Below, piece by piece: positions 1 to 11,940 of a stretch of DNA of 64,000 nt. Location: contig CM030333.1 in the NCBI GenBank assembly GCA_017654855.1, positions 4,526,001 through 4,590,000 on the forward strand, given 5' to 3'. Position 1 is the stretch's first letter, and every line of letters starts with the position of its first letter. The notes under the pieces were generated by a model, which did not search any database, was not told the DNA's origin, and worked only from the letters and a program-made list of their open reading frames with translations. This DNA is from Podospora anserina (Eukaryota). The translations under genes were made by a program, and so were the position numbers.

Positions 1-40
1 TCACCCAACTGTTGACACCTCCAAATCTGGATCAGCTACT

Positions 41-1177
41 ATGGATCAAAATCCAGGCTATCAAGGGTTCAGCCAAGGTTGGTCCAATGGCCTGAACCCA
101 TCTGCACCTTCCTTCGACCTCAACTCTGCCGAAGGTCAGGCTTATCAACAGCCACCAGCCCAGTTTGATTCCGTTCCCAGATATCGCCACCCCAACGCTC
201 AGCCCAGTCCTGATTCTAGCCCCATAAATAGCCAGCGCTCTCACAACAAAAAGAAGAACAAGCGTAACCGCAAAGGCCAAAGCGAAGGCGGCGGCACCGG
301 AGGCGAGTACCTCACCCCCCGTCAAAGACGAAAAGCTGCCCGAGGAGCAGACCCAAACCAGCCCCCAGTCGGCGGTGGTGGTGGTCCCAACCAACTCCCA
401 AACAGCAACCTTCCCCCCAAACCCCCTCCCGGCCTCTCCCGAGACATGGACAGAGCTCGCCTACCGGCGCAATCAACCCTTCCCGACCTCCTACCTTTTG
501 CCCCATCCGCAGAGTCAGGCGGCGTTCCCGTTCCTACGGAAGCCTACCTCGCCCGCGCCAACATACCCCCTGCCCCTTCCCCCTCTCCGCACTCATTACT
601 CCTCGTCATCGACCTCAACGGCACCCTCCTTCATCGACCCCACTCTAGGAGATCTGACCACTACATTCGCCGTCCTCATGCGGAGAAATTCGTGACGTAC
701 TGTATCGACACATTTTCCGTCGTCATCTGGTCTTCTGCCCGACCAGAAAACGTGGAAAAGATGTGCAGGGATTTACTGACGGACGACCAAAAGCAGAGGG
801 TTCTGGCCATGTGGGGAAGGGATAAATTCGGGTTGACGGCTAAGGACTACAACAGAAAGGTACAGGTGTATAAACGGCTGGAGACGGTGTGGGGGGATCA
901 GCATATCAACCCCTCTGGAATGTGGCACCAGGGGAACACGGTGCTGATTGATGATTCGAAGGAAAAGGCGAGGAGCGAGCCGCACAATGCGGTGACGTTG
1001 CCGGAGTTCACGGGGAATAAGGAGGGGAGATGGGAGGGGCAGGTGTTGCCGGCTGTGCATAATTACTTGAACGAGCTGGCCAAGACGGAGGATGTGAGCA
1101 GGCTTATGAGGGTTCATCCGTTTAGAATGCCTATGAATAGGGAGGAGAAGCCTATGAATGGGGAGGACGAATTTTAG
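41..1177 (+). CDS. FCP1/NIF-homology HAD-superfamily phosphatase-like protein (single exon)
   Basis: 378-aa ORF. Low-complexity N-terminus followed by a NIF/FCP1 domain: LLVIDLNGTLL, RRPH..F, VVIWSSA, VYKRLETVW, NTVLIDDS..KA..EPHNA. Confidence 0.85.
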   Translation: MDQNPGYQGFSQGWSNGLNPSAPSFDLNSAEGQAYQQPPAQFDSVPRYRHPNAQPSPDSSPINSQRSHNKKKNKRNRKGQSEGGGTGGEYLTPRQRRKAARGADPNQPPVGGGGGPNQLPNSNLPPKPPPGLSRDMDRARLPAQSTLPDLLPFAPSAESGGVPVPTEAYLARANIPPAPSPSPHSLLLVIDLNGTLLHRPHSRRSDHYIRRPHAEKFVTYCIDTFSVVIWSSARPENVEKMCRDLLTDDQKQRVLAMWGRDKFGLTAKDYNRKVQVYKRLETVWGDQHINPSGMWHQGNTVLIDDSKEKARSEPHNAVTLPEFTGNKEGRWEGQVLPAVHNYLNELAKTEDVSRLMRVHPFRMPMNREEKPMNGEDEF

Positions 1178-2280
1178 GAGATGGGGGCTTGGGTGGATGT
1201 GGGGGAAGGGGTTTGGAGGGGGGTGTATAGGTGGAACGGGAGACCTGGGAAGAGGACGACGGGGCAGAAAGAGCAGAGCTACATGAAGGTGGCGAAGTGG
1301 AGCAAGAGGCTGGACAAGGCCATGCCGTAGGGGAGGTACGTGACGGGCTGCATACCGGAGGTGAGGAACCATCATCAGCTGCCTTGCAAGGTCCTCAATG
1401 GGGATGGTACACCTCGGAAGGTTGAGGAGGGGGAAGTTGGCGAGTTGGATGAGCTTGTGCAGAGCCTGTACCTCATCTTGCCGCGGCGGAGAAGACAGAA
1501 GCCGTTTAATCACTGTATGAATAACAAGAACGTGACGGTGCTGTAGACAGCGGGTAGGGGAAGAGAGGGCAATAGAGATAAAAATAGCGGTTGTAGTGTA
1601 AATCAACAAGCGTATATTCATACGGCATGCCCTGGAGAAAGATAACTGGTGCTGCGAGTCTGTAAAACTTGTAGTTGTGGTTAATTTGCAGAAGAACGTA
1701 GTCTCGAAAAATAGTTGATAGGCCTCAAAGATAGCTGGGATGCATGACTTGCTTTTGCAGTGCCAGTTATATTGTCTGCAGCGTGATATAGGTAGAGGAA
1801 TAGAGAAAGATCATGATAAAAGCGGTAGTGTGATAAGCAAGTGTTTAAAAGGAGAGGGGGAATGGTTGGAGGGAGTGTATTACCTAAATTGTACATTCAT
1901 TAGTCACATACCATACCAAGAATGCTTCCAACATCTCTATCAAATCCCTGTCATGCTAAAAAGCATCGCAGGCACTGCCGAGTCACCACGGTATCTCAAT
2001 ATTTCTGAATGTTTTTGTTTTTGTTTTTCTTGACTAATTTTGATACTTTACACGACAAAACAAACTGGAATCAAAGAACTTTATTCTGGACGCAGTAGCA
2101 AGTGTCTAGCTTAGTCGACGCTCATCAGCGACCTGACTATTGGCGATATCAAATCACACATGAACCAAATGGGCTCAGAACCCGTCCCGTAATTCCCCGT
2201 CCAACCCATTCATCAGTCATGTCCCATAGTCTAGCACACCACCTCTGCCGGCCCGAAATGCGCTTGAAATTTTTGGTTGT

Positions 2281-3895
2281 TTATTTGAAAACCTTGCCAG
2301 AGGCGTGGGGGTACTCCTTGCCGTTCTCGACAATGGGCTTCTCCCAGGTCCACTGAGCATCCACGTACTCGCGGTCCTCGGGCTTGGAGGGGTCGAGCTT
2401 GGTGAACTCGTAGCTCTCATAATCGGGAGCGACGTCAAAGACGGGGACGTAGTCGTCACCGCGGATGACGAAAGCACCCTCGATGATGGAGTCGTTGTTG
2501 GTGCCGTAGACGGAGGCGCAGCCGAAGAGGTACTTGCGGGAAGCCTCGAGGCGGGTGTTAAGGCCACCGATGAGGTTGTTGGACATGAAAGTCAGGGTAA
2601 GCTCATCGTTGTACTTGTAACGGCACTTCCAGATGGAGTACTCGTTGAAGGGAACGTTCTCCCAGAACCACTTTAGGGCCTCGGGGGTGTCAACGTTGGA
2701 GTACTGACGCTTCCACTCATCAAGAGGGAAGGTGGCCTTGGGAAGGGCCTCAAGGGGGTGCTTGGGCTTGGGGGCCTCAGCGGGCTCCTCGGCAGCAGGA
2801 GCAGCGGGCTTGGGGGCAGCCTTGGGGGCAGCGGGCTTGGGAGCCTCGGCCTTCTTGGGAGCGACGTTGGTCAACTTGGGGGCATCAAGAAGAGCGAACT
2901 CGGGGGCAACAGCCGAGTAGATAGGCTGGTTGTAGACAGTAGAGTACCAACGGGTGACGTTGGGGTACTTTTGCTGGAACTCCTTGCCGAAGAAGTACTC
3001 GAAGCCGCGGGCGATCAAGCCAGTGGCGAAGAGATCGGCGAGGGTGATGCGCTCACCGACAAGGTAAGTGTTGTTGGCGAGGTGAGCATCGACAACGGCG
3101 ATGACGGCGAGGGTCTCCTTCTCAGCCTCGTCAACAGCCTTCTTGTTGTAGGTGGTCTTGCCGAGGAGAGGGCGGAACCAGTTGCCGAGCTTGGGGAGGA
3201 CCTCGCTGTTGAAGAAGGACATCCACTTGAGGATGGAAGCATAGCTGCAAACATGAGATGTTAGCAATCTGGTTTGCGGTGTATTCCGAGTCTGGGTTTT
3301 GACTTACTCCTGCTTGGTCTTGCCGAGGAGAGTGGTCTTTTCGTTCTGGGAGGCGACTGTATCATCTGTTAGCTACAGGTATCCAGACCCATATTGCGAA
3401 AGCAGACAAAGAAGTGAAAAAAGAAAGCAATCAGAAGTTAGAAACCAGTTCAACACGGTTATTCAGATAGGGATAACTGTTAAAGAATGTCTAGGTCATC
3501 AGGTTGTAGAGGGCAGGAGAGGCTACACCGGACAGGATGTCGCCAAAGGGAGCTGGAAATGGAAAGCGGGGCAATATCGCCATCGAAGCCTGAATACCAC
3601 ATACCATAGATGGCGATGGCAATGCACTCGGTGAGAGTGAAGCCGTCAGCGCCGACGAAGGCGGGGACCTTCTTGAGGGGGTTGGCCTTGGTGAACTCCT
3701 CGGTAGGCTGGGCGAGGTCAGTCTCAACCTCCTGGAGGTCGAGGCCGTTGGCCTTCGCGACGGCGCGGATGGCCGTGGAGCGGGGGTTGCCCTGAGTCAC
3801 CCCATCATGTTAGTTATTGAGCAGCCTTCACAGAAAAGGACATCTCTAGCGGGAGATGGGCTTACCGGGTATGTGAAGAGCTTTCCGAATGCCAT
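2281..3895 (-). CDS. TEF4: Translation elongation factor 1B gamma (GST-like N-domain plus EF1G C-domain); exons 3895-3866, 3791-3605, 3356-3308, 3244-2281
   Basis: Spliced product MAFGKLFTYPGNPRSTAIRAVAKANGLDL...KPKHPLEALPKATFPLDEWKRQYSN...FMSNNLIGG...GKVFK. Three GT-AG introns keep the frame; strong codon bias. Confidence 0.96.
3427..3507 (-). ncRNA. snR38: Box C/D snoRNA, snR38 homolog (LSU rRNA 2'-O-methylation guide), inside eEF1B-gamma intron 2
   Basis: Minus strand: box C TGATGA (3501-3496), guide ACAGTTATCCCTAT then D' CTGA (3466-3463), C'-like GTGTTGA, box D CTGA (3434-3431). The guide is complementary to the conserved LSU AGGGAUAACUG. Yeast snR38 is also hosted in the TEF4 intron. 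Confidence 0.9.
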
Positions 3896-4286
3896 CTTTG
3901 CTGCGGTGCTAGCTGTCTGGCTGGATGTGAAGGTTCGGAGAGGGGAATTGGGTTGGAGGGGAGTCAAGGCGACAATGTGCGAAGGGTAATAAAATTTATC
4001 TGGCGGGGTAGATTGTTCTGGTGGGGTGTGTCCCTGCTGCTTTGCTAAGCCATTTCTGGCAGGCAGTGAATACATGCGGGCGTGTGTGCGGGACACTGGG
4101 TGCTCAGGCCACGCTGCCCAACCCGCGAGGCTGAGAGGTCGATGCCCGCCGCTTTGTGAACGGGCATGTAAAGAGGTGGCCCGAGCTCCCGGCTCAATCA
4201 CCAACGACTGGAAAAATTCCTGCGGTTGTTCCGTGGCGAGCTCCCGGCGGCCGACACCCTCCGATGGGAGATAGCACCACGCGATA

Positions 4287-5280
4287 ATGGCCTCAATACC
4301 AACAACAAGACGAGGGCTCGCCGTCGCCATGCGGGGAACCGTGAGACCTCGGTCTCTCGAGCAACAATTTCAGGCACTGCGACTAAACGCTAAGGGTTCT
4401 AGGTGCCTGTCCACCCAGTCCTTCCAGACCGCTCCCGAGATCGATTCCGTGAAGCTCGAGGGCACGATTCGAGCCAGACACGCCCGCGCGGTACCAGTAT
4501 CGCCATCCTACTTCTCGCGCACATCGCGGTTCAACGACAGCTATCTCGCCCTCGACAAGCTCCTCAGGATCTACGGAAATCTCCCCACCATTCCCGCCAA
4601 CGCCGTCGAGCGCGTGTCTTGGAAGACCCTGGACGATTTCAGACATGCCGTCGGTGAACAGGTCAAGGCAACCGACTATGTAAAGTGCCTCGCCATCGTG
4701 AAGCGGTTACATCAGATTCACCCGAAAATCAAGCCTGCCCCGGTTATTCAGGCGTTGAACGACTTCAAGCGGAGTGTCCAGGCCTTCAGCAACGAAACTG
4801 TCAAGAAATCGCTTGATAAGTACGGGCGGTCTTTGGGCAGCGGCAGGAGGAAATCGTCTTCGGCCCGGGCTTGGCTTGTGGAGGGCAATGGGGAGGTTCT
4901 GGTCAATGGCAAGACCCTCGCGGATTATTTCGGACGGGTTCATGATCGCGAGAGTGCCGTCTGGGCGCTCCATGCCACTGGTCGCATGGACAAATACAAT
5001 GTTTGGGCACGCGTGGAAGGAGGCGGTACCACAGGGCAGGCGGAGGCCCTTACTTTGGCCATTTCAAGAGCTCTCATGGTTCATGAGCCTGCTCTGAAAC
5101 CTGCATTGAGAAGAGGCAAGTGCTGGCATGCGTGGCTTCACACTGGTTCCGGTTTTATGGGATATATGCTGACTGGTGTTTACTGTAGCTGGTTGTGTCA
5201 CACGCGATCCAAGAAGGGTGGAGAGAAAGAAGCATGGCCGCGTGAAGGCGAGAAAGAGACCTGCGTGGGTCAAGAGATAG
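4287..5280 (+). CDS. MRPS9: Mitochondrial ribosomal protein uS9m; exons 4287-5115, 5189-5280 (GC-AG intron)
   Basis: GSGRRKSSSARAWLVEGNGEVLVNG and VEGGGTTGQAEALTLAISRAL motifs. Removing 5116-5188 restores the canonical C-terminus AGCVTRDPRRVERKKHGRVKARKRPAWVKR*. Arg-rich presequence. Confidence 0.93.
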
Positions 5281-8200
5281 AGCGGTTTAGTGGAAGCATT
5301 GAGCTGTCTTGGGTTTCGCATAACGGATCGAGCCTGGGCAGGGTGCTGCCCCAGTTTTTCTCTATATGTAAGCCTGACTTCTGTAACAACCAAACTACCA
5401 ACCATAGATGCGACTCAAGGGCTTGTTCGCACGGGCACTCCCATAACTGTACAATACAAAGCCATCGGGGCCCTCCGGTTTATAGAACACAACGTGCCCA
5501 GTCAGTCAAGGAGGGAAGGAGAAGGCATCTATAACGAGCCATACTATGCCTGAGAGGTCTCGGCAGGTCAGCCAACACGGCACGCCGCCGAACATGAGGC
5601 GACGAGGAGAGCCAGTGAGAATTCGGTTTGCCAACCGGAGGTGCTGCTCGGGCGGAAGGAAATGGGACAGAAACGTGGCAAGTCCTCGGTCCGCATGGCT
5701 TCTGCCCCTGCCCATAACCCAGTCTCCGGCTTGACGATTGGCTCTCGGTCAAACCATGTCGGCGACTTGTTGATTTTGGGAGACGGGATATATGAGCCGC
5801 ACGAACGTGTTTCCAATTGTCCACGGCCTTGGCTAGGTATAGGACCACGATCCCCCTGACTGTCAAAACTAGACCATGCAGCGACCCACCAAAGTGCGAC
5901 GATACGAACGGCCAGCCCGCGGGTAGAGAGAAAACGACATATGAACGGCTTGGTGTTGATGTGTTCTATATTACGTTACTCGGCGGTCACCAGAGTTGGT
6001 GACTGTTTGCCCTCCGGCAACGGCTTGCTTTCCACTGATCCGCGGTTTCATTCCGCCGTTGAGGAAGAACAGGTGGGCTGCCGCCTCGCACAGACATTGT
6101 GGCTTGACTAGTTGTCACACAAGGCTTCGAGAAGGGGTTCCCGAAGTGTATATGGGATGTTTTCGTAGTGTTGGGATGTTCCATGTGAGCTGATGCAAAT
6201 CACATGGCTTACGACTCACCTCAGATTCCAACCTCGATATACTGTTGTCATCTTTAAAACACACTCAAACACAAAAGCCCAATGAGGAAGTCGCATGCTC
6301 AATAAGGTAAACCGTTACACCATGTCGAGGGTCCGGAGTTAGTCCAGTGCGATGACAGCTGAAAGGACAGAATTGCCTAGTTGATCCAGAGCTAGGTAGA
6401 GGCTAGTGTAGATGACGCCGAGTGCCGGATATGTTTAGAACGGATCATCTACAGGATCTAGTGCCAGTACGACGTTTGTGATTCAGACTCACCAACAGCA
6501 TCAATTTAGGTGATCTACAAAAGCATTCAGCTTCCTAAGGTTGGAGATTGGCGACCACTTGAATCCAAACCTGGTGATGTCGCAGTCCCGCAATGTTTCT
6601 AAAGTCGTGAAGCATCATGAGCTGAATCGAAGACGCCTCCATCGCATGTCAACTCCGAAATCCGCCTGCCTTCAAACCGAGTCAACAACGGACGAGTGGA
6701 TGCCCCTCGTCGGCTCACGCTCTCGAAGCGGATGATGGAAGTGAGGCATATCCGCGCCAGAAAAAAAACGAAGGTTCGCAGCTGGTTCATCATGCAATGC
6801 ATCTCTGTCGAACGTCGTTGAGTACCAGCGGCCGTGTTGTCATGCGCATCAGGTAGTGGAAGTACATCGCGGCCTCAGCAAAGGGGGTTCCAGAAGCTGC
6901 CGCAATACAGCCTCTGATTGGGCGGCAACGGCTTCTTTGGCTGGCTTTGGGCCAACCCCCCGGTCAGATACGACGCGGTGCATGCGAGCACAGACAGGGA
7001 TCTACCTCGCATCTCTGGACTCTGTTTGACGACATTCCACCCCTTCCCCTGGCATCTTTAAGTCAACGACATGGATCCGGGATCCATGAGCCCTCCTTCA
7101 TTATAACAGATATACTAACCTAATGCACGACAGCACCGCTGTACCAGTACCTGTGGCCCAACCAACCAAGTGCCGACCTCCATCTCCGTCCAAGGGAAGA
7201 AAAAAAAGTCAGTTCTGCTCTGTCGGAGGTGGTTGCACTTATGGCACCAATGCCCTGCACGAGGCGTGGGAGACATGGAAGCAGCAGTAGGGCAATAATG
7301 GGAAGGGTAATTGTAATTGATCTCTTCTCTTGCTATTTAGCTATCTAGGATCCAACGCTCAGACAGTGGATTCCAACAGCCTTTTCCATTCCTTCAAACA
7401 AATGGATATCGGGCCGGCCCAATGCGTTCTGGCGGGAGTTTCGAGATGGGAAGGGTTGGGACCGAAAAACCACTCATCTTCTTCCATCCTGTTCTGCGCT
7501 GCTGAGGTAGCCCAGGTGCTGCAGCCGCTACACGCGATAGTGGAGAGAACATCCTGCGGGCACTCCGGCTCCTTTCACCACCACCGCGAGGTGTAAATAT
7601 TCTCTCAGCCAAGAACTTGGACACTGACTGATTCATTCAGTGATTCGTGGGGCCCCTTTTTTTTACGCCGGCAGTTGCTTTTTTCCTCCCACAAGAGTAC
7701 CTACCGCAAGTCCGCAGCAGCCCGACAGCTTAGCGGCTGGCACTTGTGAGACATTTGAAGCATCTGCCCTTTCCCTTGGGACCAGGGAAGGAAGTACTTG
7801 CCAAACCGGGCGACGTGACGGTCTCAAACAGAGCGATGATTTGACGCACCCTTAGTGAGTGAGTTCCAGGGCCAGAGCCCTGGTTCCATCTGGTCGTTGG
7901 CCCAGGCATGACGAATGTAGAGGGAAGGTGTGGTCCACTTTAAAACCCTGCCATTTTGGGACGGCACGTTTTTCACGTCCAGCGAGAGAGGGTCTTGCTG
8001 TGAGGCCGGGAGGGCAGGGCAGGGCAGCCAGTGGAATTGTTTTCTCTGGAGATCATCACGCTGGACACACCAACCGTTTTCCCGCCCATCGCCTCGTACC
8101 GGACAACTGACCAAGGATGCCATAATACGGATTCAACGAACAGGCAGAGGTTTCCGCGCCAAGTATTCAGAGGTCGGCGCTCTTGTCGCTCGTTGTTTGA

Positions 8201-10664
8201 TGTTGGCTCCAACGCTATCCAGGGTTCTCGGCATCTTGTTCGTGCTGTCCAGGTCCCCATGCGAGCCAAGCTGTTTAGTACCATCGCCCCATTAGGCCCT
8301 CTTACCTGTCATCATCAAGATCGGAGCCTCATCCGTTTTATTTCTCAGATTTCTCTTTCCATTACCTCAGAAGACCGGGTCTGCCAAAACCAAAACGCCA
8401 TGCCGAGGCACGGGCCGACCATGCGGACCTGCAAGCTACCGAGTAACCAGGCAGAAGAGACAGATGGTTGAATCACCAATGAAAAGGAAAAAAACAAGAG
8501 GATGTTGCTGCACAGGAGAAACAAAAACGCAGAGCGGTTTCGTTGCCAGACAAACGGTTCTTGGGGCATCGCTCAAGGGGTCTGGTCTACGGCCAATGTT
8601 TCGAACATTGAGACTGTTAGCCCGACATCTCGCCAGTCCCGGCCTCACCTTAGCTTCCGAGGCTATGATTGATCGGTTGACAATGACCTCGACATTAGCA
8701 CGGCCATTGCCCAAGTCTGTGACCGAGGGCAGGGGATTCTGTGACTTCTTTCTTTTCTCCCTACCGGTTTGTCTGACAATGGGTTATGGAATGAGCTTCT
8801 GTCCGGAGAGAACTGCTCGAAAACTCAGCATCAACTCTTTATTCGTCGATGCTACGGAGGGGGCATATCCCACACGCTCCGCCTGGTCAACACCACCGCA
8901 AAACAAGTAAGCCATCGCCAATTCAGACGTCACACATCATCATCAGCGCGGCTCGGGTTCTACGTACGCCACAGATTCACATTCAGCCCGGCAAGCCTTC
9001 CGGATCCCAAGATCCACCGAGCCCCCTGTCTGCCCGCGATCCGATCCTGGCGCTGGAAAGGCGTCTCGCTTCGTGGGGGGGGGTCGCCGTAGATCTCTCG
9101 GCCCTGCTTAAACCCCCAGTCCATCTGAACATTGTTTCTCAATACACACCTCACATAGCACCCCATGTGTGTCTTAAGCCAAGAGGTCCATTCTGTCTAG
9201 GTACGTCGCCCGTGGATCTAAAATGGCTGTGGGTGGGTGTGGAGAAGCGTCAAAGTCCTCCAGATCGACGAGGGACTAAAGAGGTACCTTGCCTTGCTAG
9301 TACCTCTATGTATACTCCATTGCCCAGCACCAAGCCGCACTTTTCTACCTTTGCCCTGTTGTTGAACTTTCTTTTTGTTCTCTTGCGGCAACCTAGCTCG
9401 GCATTCACACTACATCTCCCTGCGCCTCCAACGGCCAGTCTTGGGAAGTATACACGCTAGTCTCTCCAAACAACCGACGATATCGCCGACACTGCTGTGC
9501 AGTTTGGAGTAGTCGCCGTTGTGGTTGTCTGCGCAGCCGCGCTTCTGCTGACCGTGCAGCCCGGTCTGAGTCCTGATACCCAAATCCACCTGCGAGCGAG
9601 CAAGCAAATTCTCGGGAGTCGTCTATATAAGACCCGAGCCGATTCGTGTCTAGTCCCGCAGTCTCCACGCACAACCAAACTCGGCGGTCCCTTGCCTTTG
9701 CTCTCTCTTCTTCCCGACCATTTGCTGCGATAACATCATCCAGCCATACAAGTTCTGGACCCCCCTCCGCTGATTCAGCAAGACTCGACCTCCTACACTG
9801 CGTTTCTGAGCTGTAGGTGAACGCGAGTCAGGCTTTCCGCAGCATTCTCGAAGCCCTTCAGCAAGGCCAAAGCCTGGAGAGACTTGAACCTCGAAAGCCT
9901 TCGGCTTTGTAACTTTTGAAGCCTGTCAGTCTTTGACCTGGGATCTTCCCAGCTGGTTCCCCTCCACCGTTGATCTATCGCCGTCTCTCTCCGCTCGGAG
10001 CCAAGTTTCTCTCCCACACCGAACACCAGGTCCCTCCTTGCCCCTTCTGATACCGCAATCGGCGACTATCCAAGGCAAGATCCGTCCTGCCTTCGACTGG
10101 TCAAGTCCGTTCCATCTCCACTCTCGCGCGCAGAGCCCTCCTTAGCTCTTGCGGGACTTGTGGCCTCACCTCACCCGCTGTGGCAGAAAGAAAATCTATC
10201 CGCGGGCTCTGAGCCTATCGTCGTCATCGAGAAAACACATCACGGCTGCGCCAGATATCACCCGGCGACCTACGGCTTCCCGCTTCACGGCTCTCGGCTG
10301 GATACTTCGAATTCACACGTCGGTAACACCACGGGTTCCAAGGGTCTGGAAACGCGGCGTCTTCTAATCGTTTTCACTGACGGCGTTGACACGTCCGTTT
10401 CCCCCTAGCGGTTGTTAGTTGATTTCCGTTGCGTTAGTGTTGCTTGCGCGCGCGTGCGGTCATCACTCCTTACCGCACCACCAAAGTTTTTTTCTCATTT
10501 TTCGACATCGAGATCTACCGGAGACACCTGTGGTCCGTGGCCGATCGACTCGCCAACGAAGCCGGGTCTTTTTTACCTCGCGCGTCTACTCCACTCTCTA
10601 GCGGGACACGGAGTGGACTCGGCAACACTTGGACTTCGCAGGCAGTTATTTCGACGTCAAGGGC

Positions 10665-11940
10665 ATGGACGACTCTCGAGGCCAGAGGAGGCAGAATGAT
10701 CCGCCCACCTACAGCCGGCAACATCACCCCGCGCTGCAGGCGCAGGCAGGACAGGATCGGAGGTCATTTACGGGTACACAGAGAGATAGCAGGTTCCAGA
10801 CGACATCACTGAGTTCTTCGCCCGCCGGATCTTCCCGCGGAATGGGTGGTTCAGCCGGATACGGCGCTTACTACCAGGACTCAACAACGACCTCGTTCCC
10901 CACGACGGCCATGACACAGGGCGCGCTGGGCTATCATCACTCTGCCGCTGACTACGGACAGCCAGACTCACGGCAAACACAGAGCTTTGCCGGCACGTAC
11001 AATCCATCCATGATGTACAACGTCCAGCAGGCAACAGGGGGGCAGAGTGCCGGCGTGTACGATGCGAGTCAACAGTTTTCCTCGCGGCAAGCCGCAGGTC
11101 TTCCAATGATGACGGATGTCACGGCCCCCTACTTCTCAAGCGAGCCAACCAATACCACATCCGCCCTCCAAGCCCAGGCGCAGACGTCAAGCACGCCACA
11201 GGTATATCAGCAGCCGGGCTTGCATGGCTATTCCACCAGCAGCATGGCAGCCATTGGAGGAATCACTACGCAGACCACTCCTGCTGCGGAAGTCAGGATG
11301 GAGGAAGAATATCCCGCCACAGGAGGGCTGGACGATGCATATGCGCAATACCAATCAGCGCTCAAGGGAATTTTCAAGGACATCCGAAATGGTGCTCTAG
11401 CCACTGCCGGAGAATCCCTTCTTCAGGTCTCGACTTGGCTTTTGGGACACGTTGTTGAACTAGGTAAGTCGGGTGAAACTTTTTCCACCCTGGGTCTCTC
11501 GAAACCTGCTTCTGACAGTGATCCCTTGCTCCAGGCCTCACGTCTGACGATCAGAATCTCCATGGCGAACGTATCAAGCTGTGGAACGACTTCAACTATG
11601 CCTGGCTCGGCATGTTCCAGCGCCAGAAAGAAATGATAGAATCCGGACAGCAATTACAGCGCTCCCAAAGCCTAGTGCCGCAAGAAGAGCTGGAAAAGAT
11701 GGCCAAGGAGCTGATCAAGTATTGCGACAACATCGAGCGACATGGTCTGGTAGACTATCAGTACGGAGTATGGGAAGAGCAAATTATCGAAAGTACGTAT
11801 CACAACGGCCCCTTTTTGATCTAGCTACTTGATCACTAACCACCGCACCAGTCCTTGGAGAGTGCGTCGATCTTTACGAGTCGGCCAACGCCTCTGGCAG
11901 CAGCGGAGGCGAGGGATCCTCCAGCTCACGTCGGCGATGA
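10665..11940 (+). CDS. Fungal hypothetical protein (Q/S/Y-rich disordered N-terminus, helical C-terminal domain); exons 10665-11463, 11535-11792, 11852-11940
   Basis: Two canonical introns (GTAAGT..CTGAC..CAG; GTACGT..CTAAC..CAG) join three ORF fragments into one frame ending ...LWNDFNYAWL...GLVDYQYGVWEEQIIEILGECVDLYES...RRR*. Confidence 0.85.

Noticed and set aside
773-1621. 282-aa minus-strand ORF
   Set aside because: Antisense shadow of the FCP1-like frame and its extension; no protein-like features.
8464-9460. 148- and 203-aa plus-strand ORFs
   Set aside because: No domain or codon bias; treated as non-coding upstream sequence.
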